Source: an uncultured Duncaniella sp. (GTDB lineage: Bacteria > Bacteroidota > Bacteroidia > Bacteroidales > Muribaculaceae). Taken from it: a stretch of 64,000 bases of DNA. This document shows, in pieces, positions 40,309-49,750 of the stretch. Within the stretch, counting starts at the first letter, position 1; every line of letters begins with the position of its first letter. The position numbers were made by a program, and so were the translations under genes. The stretch is from contig CAJUSW010000010.1 in the NCBI GenBank assembly GCA_910589485.1, positions 10,479 to 74,478 on the forward strand, written 5' to 3'. Below the pieces are notes generated by a model. That model was not told the origin of the DNA and did no database searches. It saw nothing but the letters and a program-made list of their open reading frames with translations.

Positions 40309-40805
40309 ACTGTACCGTAAATTATGATATAAACGAGTAGACTTATCAGTGATAATGTGTAGAGCCACATTCTATCGCATTTCATCCATCTTAGCACTGA
40401 AACGCCTCCGGTTAAAGCGACAGCCGTCACACTTGCCGCGATAAAGCTCACTGCCATGAAGTCAAGCCCTGCGACCATTCGGCTCATGCCCAACGACAGT
40501 AGGGCTACCGGATATCCGAGCATCAGCCCCGGATAGAACATCAATACTTTTTTACCCCTGCCATTGTAAAATAGATAAGCCATGAAAACGAGAATCTCGA
40601 TGAATCCCATCACAAGGATATTCTTGTCTCCAAGATAACCGAGAACCTCAGGCATCGAAAGACCGGTCACCCACATGGTTATCGTGTATGTGACAACAGC
40701 CCATACAATTCCCCACACCAGCGCCACTTCCCGGGGCATCAGTGCCATCTTCACCATACCAGTCAGGACTATTACAATTCCCGGGACAATCATTATGGCC
40801 ATCAT
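40305..40805 (-). CDS. small polytopic membrane protein (HmuT-like position)
   Basis: 166 aa, about 5 TM helices. 4-nt overlaps on both sides. Confidence 0.55.
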   Translation of the reverse strand: MMAIMIVPGIVIVLTGMVKMALMPREVALVWGIVWAVVTYTITMWVTGLSMPEVLGYLGDKNILVMGFIEILVFMAYLFYNGRGKKVLMFYPGLMLGYPVALLSLGMSRMVAGLDFMAVSFIAASVTAVALTGGVSVLRWMKCDRMWLYTLSLISLLVYIIIYGTV

Positions 40806-43800
40806 GCGCTTTTCCTCCTCCTTCTTTTAGTGGCTATTGCGAATATCGCTATCAAAAGCACAAGTACACAACCGGCTGTCACGATATAGGAGGATCTCTC
40901 TGATGTCATTGCCGACATCCCGCTGTACCGCTCCTCTTTCAGCACTTTGGCATCCCCCCTCTGGGCCGTTGCCTTTGAGATATTTTCAATATACCTGTCA
41001 GCCTTATTTTTATCAAGTCGCGACGCTGTAAACTCCTGGAGTTTTGCATTAGCGCATACGAATTCCGTGCATGGCGCACCATGCCGTTCCGTAAGTCGGG
41101 CATGAAGTTCAGCAGTGGCGTTCACCTGCTCATCATCGGCTTGCCAAAATCCTTTGCGGGCACTCTCAAGCATGGTTGCCGTCATCTCCTGCATTGCTGC
41201 GGGATTCACCCGCTCGAAATACTCCTCTATTCCCAATCCATTTATATCCTTGACATATACATCATATAGATCATCATAGATATTATCGGAAAGGGCGCTC
41301 GGACGTGTGGCGCTCCAGCCGAATATATTTCGGAATATCTCTCCAAACATTTGGGCTGTGGTTGCTTCCCCTTTCATGCGTTGCTTTATATATTCCGGAT
41401 TCAGGATAGTGGCCCGTGTCTCTACGGCTACAGCCTCCTTCGTGTCCTGCAAGCGTGGCACATACATGTTGCGGTAATCTGCCATGACGGCATCCGGCTC
41501 CTTGCCGTTAATTGATGTTGCCGCGAGGGAGAGGGCTCCGGTGAATTCATACACGTGGTCAAGTGATATGGGCCCCCATGTATTGCTTTGGCGCGGTTGC
41601 ACTATCATATCGGTATTTGAGATGGCCGCCTTGAACAGGTTCTTGTCCATCGCTCCCCAATGATCATCGTCGCCATACATGGCACACATATTATTGAGAT
41701 AACCGTCCACGAGCTCCTGGCGGTCATCCCACTCCCCCGAGCTTTCGGTGTAGCGCAACATACCGGTGCTGTAACCTGAATTGACAGGCCCGAACACTCT
41801 CATATTGGAGAGTTCACGTGCCCGCTGAGGCGATTCCCCCTTTTCTACAAGCTCCTTTTCCTGGGTGAGCGATCCTTCAGCCACAAAATTAGGGTAGATA
41901 TCATCCTTGCTGTTTGCCGCGAGAGTCACCGCATCAGTCAGCATCTTCAACCGTGATCCGGCGATATCGCGCAATTGACCCGATACCTGGACCATTATAT
42001 TGATGCGAGGTCTGCCGAGCTCGGCACTTGGAGTCAGTTTCAAATCCATGACACGCCCTTGCTCATCACGCACCGGCTCAACTCCAAGCATTCTTAATGC
42101 CTGGGCCACCGTGGCTCCTTGCGATGAGATGAATTCCCCGGCCCAGAATGTATAACTTATCTTGCGCGGATATTCCCCGTGCTTTGCATGATAATTCTTC
42201 AATGATTGTTCCGCCAGAGCCACTCCGTCATTCCAAGCCTTCGGCCCGGGAGTTGCCTCAGCATTTATGCTGAACATATTGCGCCCCATCGGTAGTACAT
42301 TTGGGTTTAACACAGGATCTCCACCGGGTGCCGGTCTCACCGGCACTCCGCTCAGTGCTCCCACCATTGCATCAATCTCTGCCCCTGCTGATTCCAAGAG
42401 TAAACGCCGGTATTTAATAGCGTCAGCCAACTCTCCGGAAGCATCCTTCCGGCCCGACATTACGGCCGTGATATCATTTTTTGCTCGTGGCAGATAATTA
42501 TGCGAGATAAACGAGAAGTCCTGCAACTCCTCCTTTGATATTTTCCCTCTTTCATGGTCTGCCTTAGCCCGGCTGTAAGCCAACGGATCGGCGGCTATGG
42601 CGATTACGCTTGTGAGCATCTCTGCGTCGGAGTATGGCTGGCCCATCACGTAGTATGCTCCTGTAATTTTTTCATTGGCGAGCTCCTCGACAAATGTATC
42701 CACTTTTTTCAGCTCATCGGCTGTGTAAGTCCCTCCGGCAACGGAATCAAGACCCAGATCCTTGTGGAAACCATATTGTATGATTCTGTTTTTAAGAGCT
42801 GAGGTATTTCTTGCAGGATTGGCTATCCCTTCGTGCAATTCTTCTATCAGGCTCGCATATTTTTGACGCATACCGCTTTCAACATATGGTGGGGTAAGAT
42901 GTGTCACCATCACCGCGTGGCTACGTCTTTTTGCAATGATCGCTTCTCCCACATTGCCGGTAGTATAGAAATAGAAGTGTGGACGATTGCCTATCAGCAC
43001 TTCTGCCCAGTCGGCCTGTGATAGTCCGGCATTTTTGCCTGGGGTAAACTCAAGGTTGCCGTGAGTGCCGAAATGTATCAGCGCATCTGCATCAAACTCC
43101 TTCTGCATATACAGGTAAGGCGCGAGATATGAATGTGGAGGCACCACTTCCGCGCCGTGCACGAGCTTGAAGTCATCATCCCCCAATGCCGATCGGGGTT
43201 GCGGGAATATAAATATGTTGCCATACTGAACTGCCGCGACAGCCATGCTGTCACCTCTCGCAAGCAGATTGCCTGGAGCTTTCCCGTAACGCTGTTCCAC
43301 CTCGGCATATTTCTCGGGCAACAACACCGCCTTGGCCCATTTCTCATACTCCCCGGCATCGATCCACAGCGGATTACATTCATCCATGAAATGCTCCTGA
43401 GCCGACGGTGCGTATGATCCCATCACACTGCCTTGCTCCATTATCTGCCGTTCAAACTCACTGATTGTGCCTGGCAACCCTTCGACATCATATCCTTCCG
43501 CTTTCAGTCGGCGCAGGAAATTGTAAAGCGACGGCACTACCTCCATTCCCGACGCAAGAAGCGCATCCTTTCCGGGTGTTTTAAAATACCCTATCGCTAT
43601 CTTTTTGTCCGAATTAGGCTTGCTCTTCAGCGTCATGAATCGGTCAAATTGCTCCATGAACGCATCCACTCTTTCCTTTTCGGGGGTATATAGCAGAAAT
43701 CCCTCCTCATTAGGATTCTGAGTGGATATGCACAGCGGGGCCATCCCGCCATCGATCTCGGGCACCACGATTCTCGCATTAAGTGTCCCCCCTCCCATCG

Positions 43801-44695
43801 GTTTATTCACATCAAGCCATTCCTCGCGGGGCTGTATGAGCGGGAATGGCATGAACAATGGAATCTGATTGTCATACGCCCAATTAATGAGCGAGTCGTT
43901 CCCCAGCCGACCCATGGGCAGATACACTATTGCATCCGGTTCAAGTGATCTGATCATCCGTGCACGCTGGCGTCCTGTAGCCGTCAATGGATACACGTTA
44001 TAACCCTTTTGGGTCAATCGTGAGATAAGTGTGTCGATATGCGCGCGGTTGTTCTCGACTGGGAATGTCACTCCCGATGCAAAAGCCACTCGCTTCCCGT
44101 CAGGATTATAAAGACCTTTCTTTTTCAGATATTCCGTAAGCTCCTCATGCTTTTTAAAATACTTCCCGGCCTCAAGATGATAATACATGTCGGAAGGCAT
44201 ATCCTTGGGCATATCATAACCGTTATCACCCATCAGTCGGGGTGTGGCTATGCTTCGCACGTATCGCAACAGATTGCGGTAATTGTCACGGCAAGGATTT
44301 GAGAAGTAGCGTTGCAGTACATCCGTCTGGACAGAATCGAGATTGTGGTTGACTACAAAACTGAAATTGCGCAGCGTGTTGGTGAATATCGCCACCCCCT
44401 TCTGTGCCGCTTTGTCAAGTGATTGTAACTGCACAGAGTCAAGATACAGGCCACGTCCGTACATCAGCACGGCATCATAATCCTCGAAACCGCCCGCTTC
44501 TTCCATTGATGCACACTCCACATCAATATGCCGGCTGTCATTATTGAGAACTATCTCAGCCGCCTGTGCCGGAAGTGGATTCACTACCAGTATCCTTGTC
44601 GGGCGGAACCATGTGTTGTACACTGCATATACACCGCATCCGACAGCCAATATTAGTATTATTGCCGGTATTAATTTCCTGACTCTTGACATCAC
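40802..44695 (-). CDS. membrane-anchored CobN/Mg-chelatase-family large subunit (HmuS-like)
   Basis: 1297 aa. N-terminal TM LIPAIILILAVGCGVYAV and C-terminal TM YIVTAGCVLVLLIAIFAIA followed by KRRRRK. CobN hallmark IHFGTHGNLEFTPGK. No AAA+ or vWA (CobS/CobT, ChlI/ChlD) partner is present in the window. Confidence 0.88.
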   Translation of the reverse strand: MMSRVRKLIPAIILILAVGCGVYAVYNTWFRPTRILVVNPLPAQAAEIVLNNDSRHIDVECASMEEAGGFEDYDAVLMYGRGLYLDSVQLQSLDKAAQKGVAIFTNTLRNFSFVVNHNLDSVQTDVLQRYFSNPCRDNYRNLLRYVRSIATPRLMGDNGYDMPKDMPSDMYYHLEAGKYFKKHEELTEYLKKKGLYNPDGKRVAFASGVTFPVENNRAHIDTLISRLTQKGYNVYPLTATGRQRARMIRSLEPDAIVYLPMGRLGNDSLINWAYDNQIPLFMPFPLIQPREEWLDVNKPMGGGTLNARIVVPEIDGGMAPLCISTQNPNEEGFLLYTPEKERVDAFMEQFDRFMTLKSKPNSDKKIAIGYFKTPGKDALLASGMEVVPSLYNFLRRLKAEGYDVEGLPGTISEFERQIMEQGSVMGSYAPSAQEHFMDECNPLWIDAGEYEKWAKAVLLPEKYAEVEQRYGKAPGNLLARGDSMAVAAVQYGNIFIFPQPRSALGDDDFKLVHGAEVVPPHSYLAPYLYMQKEFDADALIHFGTHGNLEFTPGKNAGLSQADWAEVLIGNRPHFYFYTTGNVGEAIIAKRRSHAVMVTHLTPPYVESGMRQKYASLIEELHEGIANPARNTSALKNRIIQYGFHKDLGLDSVAGGTYTADELKKVDTFVEELANEKITGAYYVMGQPYSDAEMLTSVIAIAADPLAYSRAKADHERGKISKEELQDFSFISHNYLPRAKNDITAVMSGRKDASGELADAIKYRRLLLESAGAEIDAMVGALSGVPVRPAPGGDPVLNPNVLPMGRNMFSINAEATPGPKAWNDGVALAEQSLKNYHAKHGEYPRKISYTFWAGEFISSQGATVAQALRMLGVEPVRDEQGRVMDLKLTPSAELGRPRINIMVQVSGQLRDIAGSRLKMLTDAVTLAANSKDDIYPNFVAEGSLTQEKELVEKGESPQRARELSNMRVFGPVNSGYSTGMLRYTESSGEWDDRQELVDGYLNNMCAMYGDDDHWGAMDKNLFKAAISNTDMIVQPRQSNTWGPISLDHVYEFTGALSLAATSINGKEPDAVMADYRNMYVPRLQDTKEAVAVETRATILNPEYIKQRMKGEATTAQMFGEIFRNIFGWSATRPSALSDNIYDDLYDVYVKDINGLGIEEYFERVNPAAMQEMTATMLESARKGFWQADDEQVNATAELHARLTERHGAPCTEFVCANAKLQEFTASRLDKNKADRYIENISKATAQRGDAKVLKEERYSGMSAMTSERSSYIVTAGCVLVLLIAIFAIATKRRRRKSA

Positions 44696-44760
44696 TTATA
44701 CAGTTTCTTAAGAGTGTGGTTGGATTCCTTAATATATAACATTTAGTGTGTTAACACACT

Positions 44761-45657
44761 CTAAGATTCACTTATAGCCGACGCTTTCTGCTTCGCGGCG
44801 TCTGTGACCGGAGCTTCCAAGGCTTCCTTGAGATGCTCGATATATATATCCTGGATTTCCGATACCTGGCCTAACCCTTCCATGACGGTTGACACTGTGA
44901 ATCCTGCTTTCTCAAACTCTTCACGCCATTCGCCGTCTATATCATTACGGGCATGGTCTCCGGCCACAAACATGAACGGCACGAGAGTGACCGATTTGTT
45001 CTTGTCGGCTTTCAGTCTGGCTAAAGTAGTCTCATATGTCGGATACCCTTCAACCGTGGCCACATGAAATGCCGGATTTCCATTGGCGGTGAACATATAA
45101 TCCATCTGTGAGTATATGGCATTTGCCGGTGTGGATGTTCCATGCCCTATCAATACCACTGCACCTTTCTTCTCGGTGGCTTTATTGTATCGGGCTGAAA
45201 GTATCCCGGCAACTTTTTCACAATCCTCTACTGAATACAGCAACGGACGGCCCACTCTGATCTCCTTAAAGAAGGGAGCCATCAGCTTGGCCTCACCCCT
45301 GAGCACCTCAGCCTCTATTCCGTCTATCACATTTGTGCTTTGCACCACCACGTGTGTGTATCCGTCGGCAGCCAAGCGGAGCAGAGCTTCCTGAGGCGTG
45401 GGTTTGGAAACACCCCTCTTTTTCATCCGGTTTATAATTATGCGTGACGTATAGGCTTCCTCCACCTTTATATCAGGAAATTTCTGGCGGACCTTTTCAT
45501 TTATTGCATCTATCGTGAGTGCACGTGTGTCATCGAATGTTGTCCCGAAATGCACCATCAATATGGCTGTCTTGTTCCCCGGGAGTTTACTTAAGTCCTG
45601 AGCCGAAATATTCATTATGCAAGCTAAGGCAAAGAGTAACGATATGATTCTTTTCAT
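44761..45657 (-). CDS. cbiK: CbiK-type sirohydrochlorin cobaltochelatase homolog with a cleavable signal peptide (periplasmic)
   Basis: 298 aa. MKRIISLLFALACIMNISAQD signal peptide. CbiK core AILMVHFGTT...LIGHGTS...VPFMFVAGDHA. Confidence 0.82.
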   Translation of the reverse strand: MKRIISLLFALACIMNISAQDLSKLPGNKTAILMVHFGTTFDDTRALTIDAINEKVRQKFPDIKVEEAYTSRIIINRMKKRGVSKPTPQEALLRLAADGYTHVVVQSTNVIDGIEAEVLRGEAKLMAPFFKEIRVGRPLLYSVEDCEKVAGILSARYNKATEKKGAVVLIGHGTSTPANAIYSQMDYMFTANGNPAFHVATVEGYPTYETTLARLKADKNKSVTLVPFMFVAGDHARNDIDGEWREEFEKAGFTVSTVMEGLGQVSEIQDIYIEHLKEALEAPVTDAAKQKASAISES

Positions 45658-45678
45658 GATAGTTAAAAGGAGAAATCC

Positions 45679-45702
45679 CCCGGGACACTGACTTGTCCCG
45701 GG
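45679..45702 (-). terminator. GC-rich intra-operon hairpin (attenuator or processing site candidate)
   Basis: 9-bp stem CCCGGGACA / TGTCCCGGG with a 6-nt loop, in the 73-nt gap between the DUF4374 gene and cbiK. Confidence 0.35.
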
Positions 45703-45730
45703 AGAATAATAATTTATACTGAGGTATTAC

Positions 45731-46999
45731 TTATTTCACGTCCTCCACTACTCTGATCTGCTCAAAATAGTAGCCGGAAGCCATTGTCGCGCCGAGAGAG
45801 GTCTGCCCGGTCTGAACATCATAAATGTATATCTGAGGTTTCTTGCCCTCTGCATCTACTCCGATATAGGCTTTGTGGTTGACATATGCCATTCGCGAAG
45901 AGAAACGGCCGCTGCTGTAAGCCAGTCGCTCGCCATTATACTTTATAGGTGAGCTTGTGGCCGCATTCAGGTCAAGCAAGGCATAGTAATGGCTGAAAGA
46001 ATCAATGCCGGTACCATACTGGTCGTCACGGGCATATCCTACGGCCTTGTTGCCACCTACATACATCACTGAAATCAGCTTGCCGTCCACCTTGAAGCCG
46101 TCATAGTTCTTATCAAATGTGGTCTGCCCGGCCGGAATCTTCAGCAGATGGCTGTGCTCGGTGCCATCTGCATCATCGGTCACACATGCGATATACAGGT
46201 TATTGTTGTCGTCAATGATAGTTGTGGTCTGGAGCAGTTCTCCGTAAGCTGTACCCACCATCTCGCAGTCAAGGAAGCAGGGAGTTGCGCTTTCCACATT
46301 CATTGTCGAGGGATCGATCACGGCTGTCATCATCGGAGTCACGCGCTTGCCACGTGCACCGCCTTTCTTGGCATAGTAGAAGTAGAACAGTTTGTTGTCC
46401 GATTTACGGTAGGTAAGGATACCCGATGTGGTGTATATCTCCGCACCCTCAGGCATGGTGAGACCGAGCGTACCCTCCGAGATTATAGTCATGTCATCAG
46501 CGTTGAGTTTGGTCCAGATGATTTTGGTGGCATCACCATTGGCTGCCATGATCAGGAGAGTTTTATCATCTATCCATGCGTGGGTGTACTTACGGGTCGC
46601 GAAGGTATTTGTCTGGAAACGGCGTTCCTTTATGACCTCGATCTGATTATTGGTGATCTTATACTTGGCGAAGCGGTCACCCGACACCGGCACCTGATAA
46701 TAGTAGGCGCCCTTGAGTATTGTCTCCAGCGAGAGTCTCGAGTTGACCTCGGTACCTACTCCTTGGAATGTGATTTCCGGTTGGTCAGCTTCGAGTGAGT
46801 TTACACTGCGCACAAGAGTCTTCACGTCGCGGCCCATGCCTCCGTGACGGTCGAGAGCAACCCACAGGTCAAAATGATAATCCTGGATAATGGAGGGATC
46901 CTCGGGTACGTTAGGTTCATCATCGTCCGAGCAACTTGTCATGCCGAAAGCAAGAAAGAGCGCCATGAAGGACGAGAGAAGAAATTTTACTTTTCTCAT
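45731..46999 (-). CDS. DUF4374-like beta-propeller surface lipoprotein (XusB-like, partner of the upstream TonB receptor)
   Basis: 422 aa. Lipobox AFGMTSCSDDDE. It shares motifs with the DUF4374-like fragment at 63327-64000 (IPAG.T.FD..Y, and P.IY near the C-terminus). Confidence 0.65.
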   Translation of the reverse strand: MRKVKFLLSSFMALFLAFGMTSCSDDDEPNVPEDPSIIQDYHFDLWVALDRHGGMGRDVKTLVRSVNSLEADQPEITFQGVGTEVNSRLSLETILKGAYYYQVPVSGDRFAKYKITNNQIEVIKERRFQTNTFATRKYTHAWIDDKTLLIMAANGDATKIIWTKLNADDMTIISEGTLGLTMPEGAEIYTTSGILTYRKSDNKLFYFYYAKKGGARGKRVTPMMTAVIDPSTMNVESATPCFLDCEMVGTAYGELLQTTTIIDDNNNLYIACVTDDADGTEHSHLLKIPAGQTTFDKNYDGFKVDGKLISVMYVGGNKAVGYARDDQYGTGIDSFSHYYALLDLNAATSSPIKYNGERLAYSSGRFSSRMAYVNHKAYIGVDAEGKKPQIYIYDVQTGQTSLGATMASGYYFEQIRVVEDVK

Positions 47000-47024
47000 T
47001 GTTGGTTGATGTTAGATATTATGG

Positions 47025-49376
47025 TTAGTTTATGAAAAGTCTGAACTTGGCGGCAAAACTCCGTCCCGGCTTCTGAAGCATATAATTATCATATGCGAGC
47101 CTGTCGAAGATATTGTTGCACTCAAGCGACACATTATATCGGTCGCTATGCCACGAATATGTCAATGACACGTCTGTGATATTCTGTGTCGGGATTTTAG
47201 CTTTGGTCGAGGCTGCCCCGAAGGCCTCCCAGTTAAGATAATACCAGTGTATATACTGATACGCCGCCCCCAGCCTCAGTACATCCGTCTTATCAAGCAG
47301 ATTACGGAATGTGTAGGATGCTTCCACGTTGCCGAACATCCATGGTCTGTTTGGCACACGGTTCTTGTACGTTGCCGATGGATTACCGTCGCTCTTATAC
47401 TTTTTCAGGTCGCGTGCGTCGCTCCAACTTCCGTTTACCGAGACCTGAAACCGGTTGCGCCAGAAATACGACAACTCAAAATCAAATCCCTTCACATCTA
47501 TTGCCGGCTCGTTGACATACTGCATCATCCCCTCGCGCTCCGACACCGTGGCGCGGATATAGTTCTGCACATGACGGATAAAGCCGTTCACCTCATAGCT
47601 TAACTGATGCATGCCTTCTCCGAAAAACCATGTTCCGAACACCCCCGCATTGTAATTGTTGCTTGTCTCAGGGCTGAGAGTAAGATTGGGATATACCGTG
47701 GTCCCGTTGCCAAGCAGCTCCCTCGATAACGGAAGTCTCACACTATGTTCATAGGATGCTTTTACTGCCACAGGATCACAGAATATATAACGGCTTCCCA
47801 CGCCTGCTCCCCAATAACTTTTGGTCGACTCGGCGTCGATCTTGTCCGAGCCGGTTATTGTAATGTCATCGCTCTGCTTTATGGAGAGCGTATTGATATA
47901 ATCCTTTATGAAATAGGATGTCTGCCACCGCTGGTTGAAGAACGATTGCGAATATGTTGCCGACACTATATGCTTTGTCACCACATCATTTGACGGCTCG
48001 AAGTACTGGTCTATTTCATCATGGCGGTCATTGCCTCGGCGGTTAAGCATATAATTCAGCGCAAACGTATGATGCTCGTTCAGTTCATAGTCCACTCCTG
48101 CATTCACAATCGTGAGTGGCCGTTTATACACCCTGATTGTTCTCGATTTGTTATTTAGCTCGTTACCCGACGACGGCATCCATGTCCCGTCCCACGAATA
48201 CTTGCGGAACGCCGTGTCCACCGTCTCGCTATGATCCCAAGTATGCGACAGATTCATCCTGGTGGATATCTTATCCCATCTCTTACTGTATCGGGCCGAT
48301 ACGTTATATGAATGGGAGTTCCTGCTGGCCTCGCCATACACCTTGTTCTGCATCGCTCCGGTCTGTATATCCTTGTCGAGCTTATTGTATGAGAATCCCA
48401 CAAAGAATTGGTCGGCCCACTTCACGTCGGTTACTCCCGCCTCTATCTGTCCGAACAGGGAACGATAGTCGTCATGAAACCGTCGTTTGTCGGTAAAGAT
48501 GTATTTATCCTCCTCTTCGCTCCACACTTCCACTCCCTTCATCTTGTAGTCGTTCTTGGAGTAATTTACGCTGAACGTCGGACGTATGGCCACCGATGTG
48601 CCGGGAATATAATACTGTCCTGATATTTCTCCGGTGTGAGTGCTGAACGAACCTATGCCGTATGAAACATCCAGATAATTCTGGCGCTTCTTTTTGGTCA
48701 CGATATTCACAGCTCCGCCCAAGGCATCCGAGCTGAGATACGATGGCACCACGCCCTTATATAGCTCCACCCGTTCCACCATATTGAGCGGAACATTATC
48801 CAATGTGAGTCCCGATCCTTTGCTTTCCAACGGCACTCCGTCAATAAAATACCTTATCGAGTTGCCCGACATTCCGTTGATGGTCAGATCGAAATCGGAG
48901 CCGGCTCCACCCTCTCTGCGCACTTTCACTCCTGCTGTACGGTCAACTATATCATTAAGCGTCACCATCTTGTTGAGATTGGGTGAGATCTCCACGGCAT
49001 TCACCGAGAATGCGCCGTCCTCAAGTCGCTTGGCCGTGCTTTTCCCATACACGCTCACCCCCTTGAGCGCCACAGCATCCTCATCAAGAACTATCTTGAT
49101 GGATCTGTCCTGCGTGAGCTTTACCTCAAACGTTGCCGGTTTATACCCTGTTGCTGTCGCAACCCCCTTGTAATCCCCGGCCGGTAGCTTCAGTTCAAAC
49201 ACCCCCTCGGCATCACTCATTACGGGCACCTTGCCGTTGCCAATAGTTATCGTCGCATACGGGATGGACTCACCCGACCGGTCAGCCACATTTCCACTCA
49301 GTTTGTACGTAGGAACGGCCGCCTGTATGTACAGGTGGCCGAGAAGAATCAGAAATAATAGGAAGCAATGCCTCAT
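47025..49376 (-). CDS. TonB-dependent receptor with N-terminal carboxypeptidase-regulatory-like domain
   Basis: 783 aa with a signal peptide. CarbopepD_reg-like LSGNVADRSGESIPYATITI, a plug domain, and a C-terminal barrel ending in FRLFIN. Confidence 0.9.
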   Translation of the reverse strand: MRHCFLLFLILLGHLYIQAAVPTYKLSGNVADRSGESIPYATITIGNGKVPVMSDAEGVFELKLPAGDYKGVATATGYKPATFEVKLTQDRSIKIVLDEDAVALKGVSVYGKSTAKRLEDGAFSVNAVEISPNLNKMVTLNDIVDRTAGVKVRREGGAGSDFDLTINGMSGNSIRYFIDGVPLESKGSGLTLDNVPLNMVERVELYKGVVPSYLSSDALGGAVNIVTKKKRQNYLDVSYGIGSFSTHTGEISGQYYIPGTSVAIRPTFSVNYSKNDYKMKGVEVWSEEEDKYIFTDKRRFHDDYRSLFGQIEAGVTDVKWADQFFVGFSYNKLDKDIQTGAMQNKVYGEASRNSHSYNVSARYSKRWDKISTRMNLSHTWDHSETVDTAFRKYSWDGTWMPSSGNELNNKSRTIRVYKRPLTIVNAGVDYELNEHHTFALNYMLNRRGNDRHDEIDQYFEPSNDVVTKHIVSATYSQSFFNQRWQTSYFIKDYINTLSIKQSDDITITGSDKIDAESTKSYWGAGVGSRYIFCDPVAVKASYEHSVRLPLSRELLGNGTTVYPNLTLSPETSNNYNAGVFGTWFFGEGMHQLSYEVNGFIRHVQNYIRATVSEREGMMQYVNEPAIDVKGFDFELSYFWRNRFQVSVNGSWSDARDLKKYKSDGNPSATYKNRVPNRPWMFGNVEASYTFRNLLDKTDVLRLGAAYQYIHWYYLNWEAFGAASTKAKIPTQNITDVSLTYSWHSDRYNVSLECNNIFDRLAYDNYMLQKPGRSFAAKFRLFIN

Positions 49377-49504
49377 CTCGGTTTGCTGCTAAAGTTTAGA
49401 ACTGAGGCAATATCACACAGCAAACCATACGCGATCCCTCATACTACTGGAGATCCAACGGTTGTTTTGTGGTAATATAACCCGAAAACTACAAAACTAA
49501 TATG

Positions 49505-49668
49505 TTGTCTTGGCAGGTCTCCTGACTTATCCTGCTCATCGGCGCCTTCCCATCGTTGTCGACAGTGGCATCTTGCCGGTGAGTTGTGGTAGGAATTACA
49601 GTAGCGGGTCTGTTCCGGATTCTCACCGGATTCCCTATTAATCGCGTCGCCGCGAACCAAAACGTGGC
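49505..49668 (-). promoter_or_regulatory. cobalamin riboswitch (copy 2, heads the 19-gene minus-strand train)
   Basis: The minus strand reads ...AATAGGGAATCCGGTGAGAATCCGGAACAGACCCGCTACTGTAA...GCCACTG...GGGAAGGCGCC...AAGTCAGGAGACCTGCCAA (B12 box). 163 of 164 nt are identical to copy 3. Confidence 0.9.
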
Positions 49669-49669
49669 G

Positions 49670-49677
49670 CAAAGATA
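49670..49677 (-). promoter_or_regulatory. candidate -7 promoter box (TAnnTTTG) for riboswitch 2
   Basis: The minus strand reads TATCTTTG directly upstream of the riboswitch. Confidence 0.45.
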
Positions 49678-49750
49678 AGACATTTTTCCTTCACCGACAA
49701 CTTATTTCAGAATTATATGGCCAATCACCCATTAACAGTGTTATAATATC

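Noticed and set aside
44745-44760. Perfect 16-nt palindrome AGTGTGTTAACACACT abutting the cbiK stop codon
   Set aside because: It could be a protein site or a small hairpin, but it is a single short palindrome with no partner or repeat. The evidence is insufficient.
49439-49683. ORFs 49439-49672 and 49489-49683, and the twin ORF 54174-54368 (MRHVLVRGDAINRESGENPEQTRYCNSYHN...), which looks like a duplicated small protein
   Set aside because: They lie on the cobalamin riboswitch aptamers. The identical peptide is simply the translation of the duplicated RNA element, including the B12 box region.
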